27,278 bases of DNA from a virus (Duplodnaviria; Caudoviricetes). This document shows positions 1 to 8,712 of the stretch, piece after piece (the stretch's first letter is position 1; each line of letters starts with the position of its first letter). The DNA lies in the IMG/VR virus record IMGVR_UViG_3300029317_000006, positions 1 through 27,278 of that record, one strand, 5' to 3'. The position numbers were made by a program, and so were the translations under genes. Below the pieces are notes generated by a model. The model made no database searches and was not told the DNA's origin. It saw nothing but the letters and a program-made list of their open reading frames with translations.

Positions 1-157
1 CGCCACTAGAAGTTAAAGAAAAGTGGTGGGAGCCGTGACCACCTATAAGAATTTAAAGCGTTACCGATATTAAATCTAATCCAAATCAGCTTTAGACCTC
101 AATAAGTTAATGACCGTTTTGTGGCAATACCTACCAATATTGGATTCAAGAGCAATG

Positions 158-215
158 TAGCATTAACCCCCTTGAATCTCACCTAAGTTAACCATGCCGC
201 CATACTGGCGGCATG
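158..215 (+). promoter_or_regulatory. Putative late promoter 1 (Mu Plys equivalent): TTAA-N6-TGAA activator site, -10-like CATACT at 201-206, inverted repeat 193-215
   Basis: 43/58 identical without gaps to 9550-9607; both copies end exactly at an ATG; the position matches Mu Plys. Confidence 0.8.
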
Positions 216-785
216 AACATAAAAAACAATTCAACTAGCTTAAGTGCTAGCACAAATATACCGCCCGTCGCTTTGCAAGCTATTCAGCATGTACTTGAAG
301 CAGAGGGTGGCTATGTTAATAACCCCAATGACCTTGGCGGAGAAACCAATTTTGGTATCTCTAAACGCTGGTATCCGCATCTCGATATAAAAAACTTAAC
401 TTGTGAGCAAGCCGCTGACATTTATTATCAGGATTATTGGCTTAAAAATAAATGCCACTTAATGCCGTCTGCCATAGCGACTATGGTATTTGATACTGCC
501 GTTAATCAAGGCGGTAACTTTGCCCGTAAAACGTTGCAAACGCTGGCTGATGTTGCTCAAGACGGTATTGTTGGTAGCCAAACCATTGCCGCAGTAAAGG
601 CTTGTCATACCCATACATTACTTACCCAATATGCCCAATGTCGCGCTCAACGCTACAGTGAATTAGTTAAGAAAGATCCCTCACAAATACTCTTTTTAGC
701 CGGTTGGCTTAATCGTGTGTTTACCGTGCTCAACACTAGCCAATGGCTAATGACTAAAAAGGCTGCTCATGATACGCGCCTTTAA
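213..785 (+). CDS. Endolysin, glycosyl hydrolase family 108 with C-terminal peptidoglycan-binding domain
   Basis: EGGYVNNPNDLGGETNFGI catalytic motif, FDTAVNQG, DGIVGSQT, FLAGWLNR. Confidence 0.93.
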   Translation: MNIKNNSTSLSASTNIPPVALQAIQHVLEAEGGYVNNPNDLGGETNFGISKRWYPHLDIKNLTCEQAADIYYQDYWLKNKCHLMPSAIATMVFDTAVNQGGNFARKTLQTLADVAQDGIVGSQTIAAVKACHTHTLLTQYAQCRAQRYSELVKKDPSQILFLAGWLNRVFTVLNTSQWLMTKKAAHDTRL

Positions 786-1047
786 TTCCCCCAAAGCCCG
801 TAAACGCTACGTTGAAGGTCGCCAAGCACGGCTGAGGGCTGAAGTCTTTAATCAATTACAAGACCTAGCCGTCAATTACAGCTGTGTTTACTTGCGCCCA
901 GAGCATGCAAGCCAACACAGGCGAGGGTGGGACAGTGTCACTGTTATCGATATTGATGTAGCCGTTAAAAAAGTCAAAGCAGGTCAAGCCAAGTTACTAC
1001 CCGAAACAGCTCGACAGCTACACCCACAACAAAAGCAAGGAAACTAA
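769..1047 (+). CDS. Hypothetical protein, possible Rmf/CrpP-like fold
   Basis: Overlaps the lysin stop and abuts the next gene; pattern RYVEGRQA...SCVY...SQHRRGW resembles the RMF G-x-x-A...CPY...W-x-x-GW motif. Confidence 0.6.
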   Translation: MIRAFNSPKARKRYVEGRQARLRAEVFNQLQDLAVNYSCVYLRPEHASQHRRGWDSVTVIDIDVAVKKVKAGQAKLLPETARQLHPQQKQGN

Positions 1048-1049
1048 TT

Positions 1050-1595
1050 ATGTCTATAATCGCCGCATTAGGTATTGCTGAGGCCGTTGGCCTCACTGGT
1101 TGGATTAAAAATAAATTATCGGGCAGTGACTCAACCGCTTCTAGTGTTGCCAGCAAAGTACTTGATTTTACTACGGCTAAAACAGGTGAAAGTGATCCTG
1201 AAAAGGCAGTGGCTGCATTAAACGCTAATCCAGAATTGGCCGCTCAATTAAAACAAACCTTAATGGTCAACGAGCATGCGCTTGATATGGCGCCGTATCT
1301 TGACCGTAAAGATGCAAGGGCTATGCACAACCAACATCCAGAGCAAGCCGATAAAATAGCAGATGGCATTATGAAGTTTAACTTGCCTTATATTTTTATT
1401 TTGCTGGTTGCCAATGTACTGGCGATGTTCTTCTTAAAAGATTTTAGCGCCATTTTAGCCATTGTTTCCAACTTACTTGGCATGACCATCAAATCTTTAT
1501 TTGATGAGCGTAATTGTGTTACTGGCTTTTACTTTGGCTCAAGTATGGGCAGTAAAAATAAAGATTCACATTCATTACCCAAAGGAGGCATTTGA
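1050..1595 (+). CDS. Putative holin (3TM/GTA-holin-like)
   Basis: In the lysis cassette, RBS aagga upstream, DRKDARAM motif, two C-terminal hydrophobic helices, GFYFGSS ending. Confidence 0.7.
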   Translation: MSIIAALGIAEAVGLTGWIKNKLSGSDSTASSVASKVLDFTTAKTGESDPEKAVAALNANPELAAQLKQTLMVNEHALDMAPYLDRKDARAMHNQHPEQADKIADGIMKFNLPYIFILLVANVLAMFFLKDFSAILAIVSNLLGMTIKSLFDERNCVTGFYFGSSMGSKNKDSHSLPKGGI

Positions 1596-1597
1596 GC

Positions 1598-1840
1598 ATG
1601 ACTGATGTAATAGACCGCGCCTGTGAGCTTGAACAGCAGCAGTTGGAACAAGCGTTAGCTGCAGCTAAACCACAAGCAGAGCAGCCGCAGGAGTTTAACG
1701 GCCATCGTTATTGCTTAATTTGTGATATTGAATTGAGCACTAAACGCTTAATAGCTCACGCTGATGCAGTGCGCTGTGTTGATTGTCAGCACTTGCATGA
1801 ACATCAGCAGAAAAATTTTAACCAGAGGAGGCGGTGCTGA
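1598..1840 (+). CDS. TraR/DksA C4-type zinc finger protein
   Basis: MTDVIDRA (D-x-x-D-x-A) N-terminus, CLIC...RCVDCQ; ATG 1598 preferred over TTG 1592 because ggagg lies upstream. Confidence 0.9.
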   Translation: MTDVIDRACELEQQQLEQALAAAKPQAEQPQEFNGHRYCLICDIELSTKRLIAHADAVRCVDCQHLHEHQQKNFNQRRRC

Positions 1841-2154
1841 TGGTGGCTTGGTTTTTAGAGTATTGGAAGTTACTCGCTTTAATTATTAATGGCGTTTTTA
1901 TTCTTGTTGTTTGGGCCATGAGTAAAACCTTTGCCAAAAAAGATGCCGTTAATGAAAGCATAGTGAGCTTAGACAAGCGTATCGACTTATTAGATGTAGC
2001 TGTGGAGAACCTGCCAGATAAAGATTTAACTCATAAATTAGAGTTAAGGATTGAGCAACTCAGCGGCGACATTAAGCGAATAGAACCCGGGCTTATCTCG
2101 GTTAAAAATTTATCCGATATGTTGTTAGAAAACGAACTTAAAGGCAAAGGTTAA
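1840..2154 (+). CDS. Mu gp25-like (DUF2730-like) protein, one TM helix plus coiled coil
   Basis: N-terminal TM, 'VENLP...LELRIEQLSG...MLLENELK' pattern, synteny; the start could be GTG 1834 or ATG 1840. Confidence 0.7.
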   Translation: MVAWFLEYWKLLALIINGVFILVVWAMSKTFAKKDAVNESIVSLDKRIDLLDVAVENLPDKDLTHKLELRIEQLSGDIKRIEPGLISVKNLSDMLLENELKGKG

Positions 2155-2164
2155 GGAAAATAAA

Positions 2165-2458
2165 ATGGCGATAGATAAAGTAATGAGTGAACACCAGCGG
2201 CTTTCTATTTTATTAGCGCTTGGCGCAATGAATGGCTATCAAACTAATGACTCTATGCTGCAAAGTGCCTGTGCTGCTTACGGCCATACCATGAGTAATG
2301 ATCGGGTATTAAGTCATTTAGCTTGGTTAAAAGAGCAAGGGCTAGTGTCATTAGAAACTAATGGTATTTACACCATGGCAACCTTGTCAGGCCGTGGCCA
2401 AGATGTCGCCGAAGGTGTTGCTACGTGCCCAGGTGTGAAAAAGCCACGCGCTAAATAA
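2165..2458 (+). CDS. Mu gp26-like winged-helix protein
   Basis: RLSILLAL..GYQTNDSML..LAWLKEQGLV..RGQDVAEG..PGVKKP typical of Mu-like gp26. Confidence 0.8.
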   Translation: MAIDKVMSEHQRLSILLALGAMNGYQTNDSMLQSACAAYGHTMSNDRVLSHLAWLKEQGLVSLETNGIYTMATLSGRGQDVAEGVATCPGVKKPRAK

Positions 2459-2470
2459 AAGGGCTGGATA

Positions 2471-2755
2471 ATGTCTAAAAAAGTCAAAGCATACTCAGCA
2501 GGTGAAAAGCGAGTTTTTCACAAATTAGCTTTAGCAATGGTTACTGCTGAAATAGAAAATAAAGTGATTAAGCCCCAAACAGAGAAGGAAACAGGTAAGC
2601 CTTATAAAGCAAAAGGTGGCTATTTAGATATTTACTTAAATAGTGATTTAACCATTAAGCGTGTTTGGAAAACTTTTCAAAAAGAAGTTCAAAAGGTTCG
2701 CAGTGACTATTTAAAGTATGCGGAGGCAGAGAAAGATGATGAAAGCAGAACGTAA
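2471..2755 (+). CDS. Hypothetical basic protein between the gp26-like and small terminase genes
   Basis: 94-aa ORF filling the gap and overlapping the next start; no family recognised. Confidence 0.65.
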   Translation: MSKKVKAYSAGEKRVFHKLALAMVTAEIENKVIKPQTEKETGKPYKAKGGYLDIYLNSDLTIKRVWKTFQKEVQKVRSDYLKYAEAEKDDESRT

Positions 2756-3314
2756 AACACGTGGCAAACCTTCAAAAGTTAATCAGCTGCCTGATGCCAT
2801 TAAAAATAAGCTTGATCAACTTCTTCGTGATGGTCGATTAACTCAAACGGCTATTCTTGAAAAAATCAATAAAATGATTGATGAGGCAGAGCTTGATGAA
2901 GATGAGCAACTGAGTAAATCAGGGTTAAATCGTTATTCAAACAAAATGCAAGCAATTGGCTCGCGTATCGCTCAAGCCCGTGCAGTGTCAGAACAATGGG
3001 TTGCCAAATTAGGGGATAAACCTAGCGGTGATGTTAGTAAAATTCTTATTGAAATGGTAAGAACCTTAGCGTTTGACAGTGTGTTAGACGCTTCTAATTC
3101 TGATGAGCCTGTGCATCCTAAGTTTATCAAAGACCTTGCTATAGGTATTGAAAAGTTGGAAAAAGCGGCAACTGAATCAACCAAACGTGAAAAAGAAATC
3201 CGCAAAGCCTTTGCTGAAGAAGCGGCGGCATTGGTGGAAGATGCCGCAGTTCAAGCAGGTTTAACTACCGATGGTGCTAATGCTATTAAACGTGAAATAT
3301 TAGGTATTGCTTAA
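2736..3314 (+). CDS. Mu gp27-like putative terminase small subunit (DUF3486-like)
   Basis: RGKPSKVNQLP, LSKSGLNRY, IKREILGIA; directly upstream of terL with TAATG overlap; start probably 2736/2739 rather than 2718. Confidence 0.85.
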   Translation: MMKAERKTRGKPSKVNQLPDAIKNKLDQLLRDGRLTQTAILEKINKMIDEAELDEDEQLSKSGLNRYSNKMQAIGSRIAQARAVSEQWVAKLGDKPSGDVSKILIEMVRTLAFDSVLDASNSDEPVHPKFIKDLAIGIEKLEKAATESTKREKEIRKAFAEEAAALVEDAAVQAGLTTDGANAIKREILGIA

Positions 3315-4879
3315 TGTCTGAATTAGTCGCGTTTGATGAAAATGAATTATTACTCGGTTATCAAAAACGCTGGATAGCCGATGAATCCCCCTTAAAAATT
3401 GCTGAAAAGTCTCGTCGTACTGGCTTGACTTGGGCAGAGGCGGCCGATGCCGTGTTATGTGCCAGTAAAGCTAAAAGCGCACACGGTACTAATCATTTTT
3501 ATGTTGGCTCCAATAAAGAAATGGCGCGCGAGTTTATTGATGCTGCTGCTATGTGGGCAAAAGCTTTTGATAAAGTGGCAGGGGACATTCAAGAAGAAAT
3601 CTTTATTGATGCTGGGCAAGATGGTAAAGAAATCTTAACCTTTGCCATTCATTTTGCCAGTGGTTTTAAAATTCAAGCGTTAAGCTCTAACCCGTCAAAC
3701 CTTCGTGGAATGCAGGGTAATGTCACCATTGATGAAGCTGCCTTTCACGACCGTCTAGCCGAAGTACTCAAAGCCGCATTAGCCTTAACCATGTGGGGCG
3801 CAAAGGTGCGTTTGATCTCAACCCATAATGGCACTGACAATTTATTCAATAACATTATTCAAGATAGCCGAGCAGGTAAAAAACGTTACTCAGTACACCG
3901 CATTACCTTAGATGATGCCTGTGCTGAGGGATTGTATCAGCGTATTTGTCAAATCAAAGGGGATACTTGGAGTAGTGAAAACGAGCAAGCATGGAAAGAC
4001 GGTTTACTCGGTGATACTGCGACTGAAGACGATGCATTAGAAGAGTACTTTTGTGTACCTAAGCAAGGTGGCGGTGTTTATATCAAGCGCGTGCTTGTTG
4101 ATGCTGCGATGAAGTCAGATATTCCAATTTTACGTTTTACAGCAGACAAGGATTTTTTATCCTGGTCTGCTCGTCATAAACAAATGCAAATTAAAGAATG
4201 GTTCGAGGCATTAAATCCCCATTTAACAGCCCTTAAAAAAGACTTAAACCATGCCTTTGGTGAAGATTTTGCCCGTAAAGGCGATTTATCTATTTTTTGT
4301 CCCTTGCAAATTAATAAAGATTTAACCAAGCGTGTGCCCTTCTTACTAGAGATGAGCAACCTAACTTACGATGCTCAAAAAGAAATTCTCTTTTATATGT
4401 GTGACCGACTGCCTAGGTTACAGGGCTTAGCCTTTGATGCCACTGGTAATGGTGGCTACTTAGCCGAAGTAGCAGCAGAGCGTTATGGCTGTGAAATGGT
4501 TGAGCAAGTGATGCTCACCGATAAATGGTACATGGAATGGATGCCAAAGCTTAAAGCTGAGTTTGAAGACTTTAATTTAGAAATTCCTCGCCACCAAGAT
4601 GTTCAAGATGACTTAAACCAAATTCAAACCATTCGCGGTATTCCCAAAATAGATAAAGGCAGCACTAAAGGCACTGATGGCCGCCAGCGCCATGGTGATA
4701 CTGCAGTAGGTTTGGCTATGGCCATTCGCGCCAGTTGGATGGATGGTGGTGTCATTGAGTTTACTCAGCTTTCACAAAAAGCAGGTATCTGGCACCAAAG
4801 CGAAAAAACCTCAAAAGATCATATGCGCCCAGACCATAGTGGCGACAATCAACAGAATTATTCTCAAGGAGCCTATTAA
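3314..4879 (+). CDS. terL: Terminase large subunit (Mu gp28-like)
   Basis: LLGYQKRW, Walker A-like EKSRRTGLTW, Walker B VTIDEAAFH, ISTHNG, nuclease GEDFAR, DATGNG, HGD. Confidence 0.95.
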   Translation: MSELVAFDENELLLGYQKRWIADESPLKIAEKSRRTGLTWAEAADAVLCASKAKSAHGTNHFYVGSNKEMAREFIDAAAMWAKAFDKVAGDIQEEIFIDAGQDGKEILTFAIHFASGFKIQALSSNPSNLRGMQGNVTIDEAAFHDRLAEVLKAALALTMWGAKVRLISTHNGTDNLFNNIIQDSRAGKKRYSVHRITLDDACAEGLYQRICQIKGDTWSSENEQAWKDGLLGDTATEDDALEEYFCVPKQGGGVYIKRVLVDAAMKSDIPILRFTADKDFLSWSARHKQMQIKEWFEALNPHLTALKKDLNHAFGEDFARKGDLSIFCPLQINKDLTKRVPFLLEMSNLTYDAQKEILFYMCDRLPRLQGLAFDATGNGGYLAEVAAERYGCEMVEQVMLTDKWYMEWMPKLKAEFEDFNLEIPRHQDVQDDLNQIQTIRGIPKIDKGSTKGTDGRQRHGDTAVGLAMAIRASWMDGGVIEFTQLSQKAGIWHQSEKTSKDHMRPDHSGDNQQNYSQGAY

Positions 4880-4881
4880 CT

Positions 4882-6507
4882 ATGGCTAAACATCCTATTC
4901 AAACCGACAGCAATGGCAATAAGTTCCGCATCAAGCATTTAAAAAATCAACAAACGGATGATGCAAAACTGGGTCATTTACGTACCCATTATAGTGACCA
5001 CCCAAGTCGAGCATTAACACCACAAAAGCTAGCCGATATCTTAATCGGTGCAGAGCAGGGTAATATTATTGCCCAATGTGAACTAGCCGAAGACATGGAA
5101 GAAAAAGACGGTCATGTGTTTGCTGAATTGCAAAAACGTCGTCGTGCATTATTAGGTGTTGATTGGAAAATAGTACCGCCACGCAATGCCAGTGATGCGG
5201 AAATAAAAGATGCTGAAATGTTGCAAGAACACTTTGAAGATATGACCATGTTAGATGATGTTATCTTTGATATGTCTGATGCTATTTTAAAAGGCTTTTC
5301 TAATCAAGAGATCACTTGGCAGCAGCAAGGCAGCATATGGTTACCATCAAATATAGAGTTTAAAGATCCCAGTTGGTTTATGACACATCCTGCCCAAGAG
5401 CCAGGACAAAACCGTAACGAACTACGATTACGTGATAACAGCGCTGAAGGAGAAGCCTTACAACCTTTTGGTTGGATTAGTCATAGCCATAAAACTAAAT
5501 CAGGTTACTTAGCGCGTTCTGGTTTGGCGCGAGTATTGGCTTGGCCTTATCTATTTAAAAATTACAGTGTTCGTGATTTGGCCGAATTTTTAGAAATTTA
5601 CGGCCTACCACTTCGCTTGGGGAAATATCCAACAGGCGCAAGCCAAGAGGAAAAAAACACCCTATTAAATGCCGTAATGAGTATTGGCCACAATGCAGGG
5701 GGTATTATTCCAAAAGGCATGGAAATAGACTTCCAAGAAGCAGCCAAGGGTACTCAACAACCTTTTGAATACATGGTTGGTTTAATGGAGAAAACTATCT
5801 CTAAGGCTATTTTGGGCGGCACGCTTACGAGTCAAGCAGATGGTAAAAGCTCGACTAATGCTTTAGGTAATGTTCACAATGAAGTTCGCCAGGAGCTGCG
5901 CGATAGTGATTTAAAGCAAATAGCTAATACCTTAACGCGTGATCTTGTTTTCCCCATGTATTACTTAAATGGAAAAAGCTATCGCCATCAATTACGTGCC
6001 CCACGGTTTGAGTTTGATATTACTGAAGCGGAAGACTTAAAGGCATTCAGTGATTCACTACCCGCTTTAGTAGATGTTGGCTTTAAAATACCACTGCATT
6101 GGGCACAAGAAAAAGTACAAATACCTTTGCCTAAAGATAATGAACCTATTTTAACTAAAGGGGCGTTAGGGCAAGAGCAGGTTGAAAAGAGTGAGCAAGC
6201 AAAACTAAAAGCCATCCGTAGAATTACAGCGCTGAAAGCTAAATCCGTAGAGCCTGAACAATTAGACAGTTTCACCAAACAGCTTACTAATGACATGTCA
6301 CCCGTTCTTCAAGGTTTTACGGGCGAGGTGCAGCAGCTGGTGGAGCAAGCCGACTCTTTGGAAGCGTTGCAATTATCATTAGCTGATTTAGATTTATCCA
6401 TAGATGAAGCCAGTGAAGTGATGCAGCAAGCGTATGTTGCAAGCGATTTGGCTGGTCGTTTTGACATTAATGAAGAGTCAGTTACTGAGTCAGGCGAGGG
6501 GAGCTAA
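4882..6507 (+). CDS. Portal protein (Mu gp29/DUF935-like)
   Basis: DMEEKDGH, FLEIYGLPLRLGKY, ISKAILGGTLTS, ALGNVHNEVR. Confidence 0.93.
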   Translation: MAKHPIQTDSNGNKFRIKHLKNQQTDDAKLGHLRTHYSDHPSRALTPQKLADILIGAEQGNIIAQCELAEDMEEKDGHVFAELQKRRRALLGVDWKIVPPRNASDAEIKDAEMLQEHFEDMTMLDDVIFDMSDAILKGFSNQEITWQQQGSIWLPSNIEFKDPSWFMTHPAQEPGQNRNELRLRDNSAEGEALQPFGWISHSHKTKSGYLARSGLARVLAWPYLFKNYSVRDLAEFLEIYGLPLRLGKYPTGASQEEKNTLLNAVMSIGHNAGGIIPKGMEIDFQEAAKGTQQPFEYMVGLMEKTISKAILGGTLTSQADGKSSTNALGNVHNEVRQELRDSDLKQIANTLTRDLVFPMYYLNGKSYRHQLRAPRFEFDITEAEDLKAFSDSLPALVDVGFKIPLHWAQEKVQIPLPKDNEPILTKGALGQEQVEKSEQAKLKAIRRITALKAKSVEPEQLDSFTKQLTNDMSPVLQGFTGEVQQLVEQADSLEALQLSLADLDLSIDEASEVMQQAYVASDLAGRFDINEESVTESGEGS

Positions 6508-7913
6508 TGCCAGCTTCTGCCCGTTATGGCTCCTTACCTTTTAAAGAGGCGATAAGCTTCTTTCAAAACAAATTGAACATGCCGTCAGAGCGTTGGCTTG
6601 ATGTTTGGCGTGATGGCCATAACTCAGGTTTTATGGTGGCAGGTGCCTTAAAGGATGATTTACTTAACGATTTTCGCAAAGCCGTTGATAGCGCCATAGC
6701 GGAAGGTAAAAGCATTGGTTGGTTTAAAAAAGAATTTAAGACCATTGTTGCCAAGCACGGTTGGAGCCATACAGGCGAAGCGAACTGGCGCGCCAAAGTA
6801 ATTTACGATACCAACATGAGGCAAAGTTATAACGCTGGTCGTTTTGAACAGCTGCAGCACTTTGAATTTTGGGAGTATCAACACGGCGACAGCATGCATC
6901 CAAGACCAATGCATTTATCCTGGCATGGCACAGTATTGCCAAAAGCGCATGATTTTTGGCAAACCCACTTTCCGCAAAATGGTTGGGGCTGTAAATGCAA
7001 GGTGAGGGGACGAACAGCCAATCAACTTGAGCGCCAGGGTAAAAAAGTAAAACTACCACCTAAAGCTGAGATTACCGAGTGGACAGATAAAGCGACAGGT
7101 GAAGTGCATAAAATACCAAAAGGTATTGATCCAGGTTTTGACTATGCCCCACAAAAAATTGTCGTTAAACAACAGCAGAAAAAACTCAGTGTTGAAAAAG
7201 CCAAACCATTTGAACCACCACAACGCATTGCGCCAACGGCTTTTAGTACGGTGAAAGGCGCTGATGTTCATAGTTTAAATACTAAACTGACAGACTTTAA
7301 AACCGCTAAGCCACAGTTTGAACAGTTAAATCAATTTTTAGTAAAGCATGATGTTAAAACCTTATTAATAAAACAATCAGAGATGGGCTTTGCTAATAAA
7401 GCAAGTAAAAACCTATTGCCTCAAGTGATGGGTTATTTAAAGGTAGGCGGGTATTCTAGAGCTTATTACACCATTAACAATGCTAAGCGTTGTAATGGTT
7501 TTACTTCAAAGTCATTTAGCCATGTAGTGGTTAAAGTGAAAAGTACTACGCAGTTTACTAAGGTAAAAACTAACGAACTGATCAATGCGGTTGAAGGTGC
7601 TATATTACAAAAACAAGCAGGGAAAACTGAATGGTCTTTGTCACATATAGTGCGAACGTATGCAGACAGTGCAGAGCATGGCGGTGCCATTGTTACTTGG
7701 TTGCACGAACTTGGTCATCAAGTACACTTTAAAGCGGGTTCAAAGTCGCCGCCCGTATCACTGAGCCATAGTATTAGTCGCTATGGTAGTACTAATAGCT
7801 ATGAATGGCATGCTGAACATTTTGCCGCATGGCTGTTAAATAGAGAAGCCCTAGCGCAGTGGGATAATACCGTGGCAGAATATTTTGATAAGTTAATGGC
7901 AGGTGTACTGTAA
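6507..7913 (+). CDS. muF: MuF (gp30) minor head protein with C-terminal HEXXH zinc-metallopeptidase extension
   Basis: MuF motifs IYDTNMRQSYNAGR, RPMH..WHG, PQNGWGCKC, GIDPGFDY; C-terminal WLHELGH and YGSTNSYEWHAEHF. Confidence 0.9.
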   Translation: MPASARYGSLPFKEAISFFQNKLNMPSERWLDVWRDGHNSGFMVAGALKDDLLNDFRKAVDSAIAEGKSIGWFKKEFKTIVAKHGWSHTGEANWRAKVIYDTNMRQSYNAGRFEQLQHFEFWEYQHGDSMHPRPMHLSWHGTVLPKAHDFWQTHFPQNGWGCKCKVRGRTANQLERQGKKVKLPPKAEITEWTDKATGEVHKIPKGIDPGFDYAPQKIVVKQQQKKLSVEKAKPFEPPQRIAPTAFSTVKGADVHSLNTKLTDFKTAKPQFEQLNQFLVKHDVKTLLIKQSEMGFANKASKNLLPQVMGYLKVGGYSRAYYTINNAKRCNGFTSKSFSHVVVKVKSTTQFTKVKTNELINAVEGAILQKQAGKTEWSLSHIVRTYADSAEHGGAIVTWLHELGHQVHFKAGSKSPPVSLSHSISRYGSTNSYEWHAEHFAAWLLNREALAQWDNTVAEYFDKLMAGVL

Positions 7914-8149
7914 TGGATATGTTAGAAAGAATACGAAAGAGTAAACCATTAAACTACGAGTCACTTGATAAAGCTTTTGCCATTGTTAATGATGAGCAAT
8001 TAACTTTTTCAAACAAGGTAGCACAAGTTGAACAATTAGAGCGTCAAGCGAAAGGTCAAGAGGCTGAACTGTTTGGTGATGTCTATTCATCACTACATTT
8101 GCTAGCCAAGTCAGAAGAAGATATGCGGTTAATTTCAGGTAAAGACTAA
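7913..8149 (+). CDS. Small helical protein, candidate immunity partner of the MuF toxin domain
   Basis: 78 aa, TAATG-coupled to muF and to gpG; the function is inferred from position only. Confidence 0.6.
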   Translation: MDMLERIRKSKPLNYESLDKAFAIVNDEQLTFSNKVAQVEQLERQAKGQEAELFGDVYSSLHLLAKSEEDMRLISGKD

Positions 8150-8589
8150 TGACAGGCTCTTTTGTTAGCGTTGATGTTCGTGGTCAAAAACAAATAAGCC
8201 AGGCATTAGATCGTTTATTACGACAAGGCAGTGATCTTGAACCTGCTTTTAGAGACATTGGTGAATATCTACTTGAATCTACTCAGCAACGCTTTGTTGA
8301 CCAGCAAGCACCAGACGGTGAGCCGTGGGAGCCGCTTAGCCCGAACACGCTTAAAAAGAAAAAACGGCCAGACAGAGTGCTAACTGAAACCGGAACTTTA
8401 GTCGATACGCTTAATTATCAGTTAGGGGCTAATCAGTTAATGCTTGGCTCTAACTTAGAATATGCCGCTACTCATCAATTTGGTCGTGAAGCTGATGGCA
8501 TACCCGCACGACCTTTTTTAGGCATAGCACCTTTTGAACAAGTAGAAATACTCGATATCTTACGTGATCACCTAATTGATGGTATTTAA
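8149..8589 (+). CDS. Virion morphogenesis protein (Mu gpG / Phage_tail_S-like)
   Basis: PDGEPWEPLSP, LTETGTL, YAATHQFG, IPARPFLG. Confidence 0.9.
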   Translation: MTGSFVSVDVRGQKQISQALDRLLRQGSDLEPAFRDIGEYLLESTQQRFVDQQAPDGEPWEPLSPNTLKKKKRPDRVLTETGTLVDTLNYQLGANQLMLGSNLEYAATHQFGREADGIPARPFLGIAPFEQVEILDILRDHLIDGI

Positions 8590-8651
8590 CGCCAATTCAA
8601 TGATTTAACTCAAAGCTCTGTAAGCGATATTCTCGCCTTAAATTGTAAATC

Positions 8652-8660
8652 TGGTATATT
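8652..8660 (+). promoter_or_regulatory. Possible extended -10 promoter (TG-g-TATATT) for the moron gene
   Basis: TGn-TATATT about 55 bp upstream of ATG 8713; no convincing -35. Confidence 0.3.
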
Positions 8661-8712
8661 GCCCCAAGAAATTAAAACAAATCAAACTGAGAAGTTTTTA
8701 AACGGGTGTTAA

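Noticed and set aside
3-38. Possible 3' end of an upstream ORF (PLEVKEKWWEP*)
   Set aside because: Only 11 codons visible; cannot be supported or identified
143-178. gattca...tgaatc inverted repeat upstream of both late promoters
   Set aside because: Spacing differs between the copies (143/173 versus 9541/9565) and the second lies in coding sequence; probably chance
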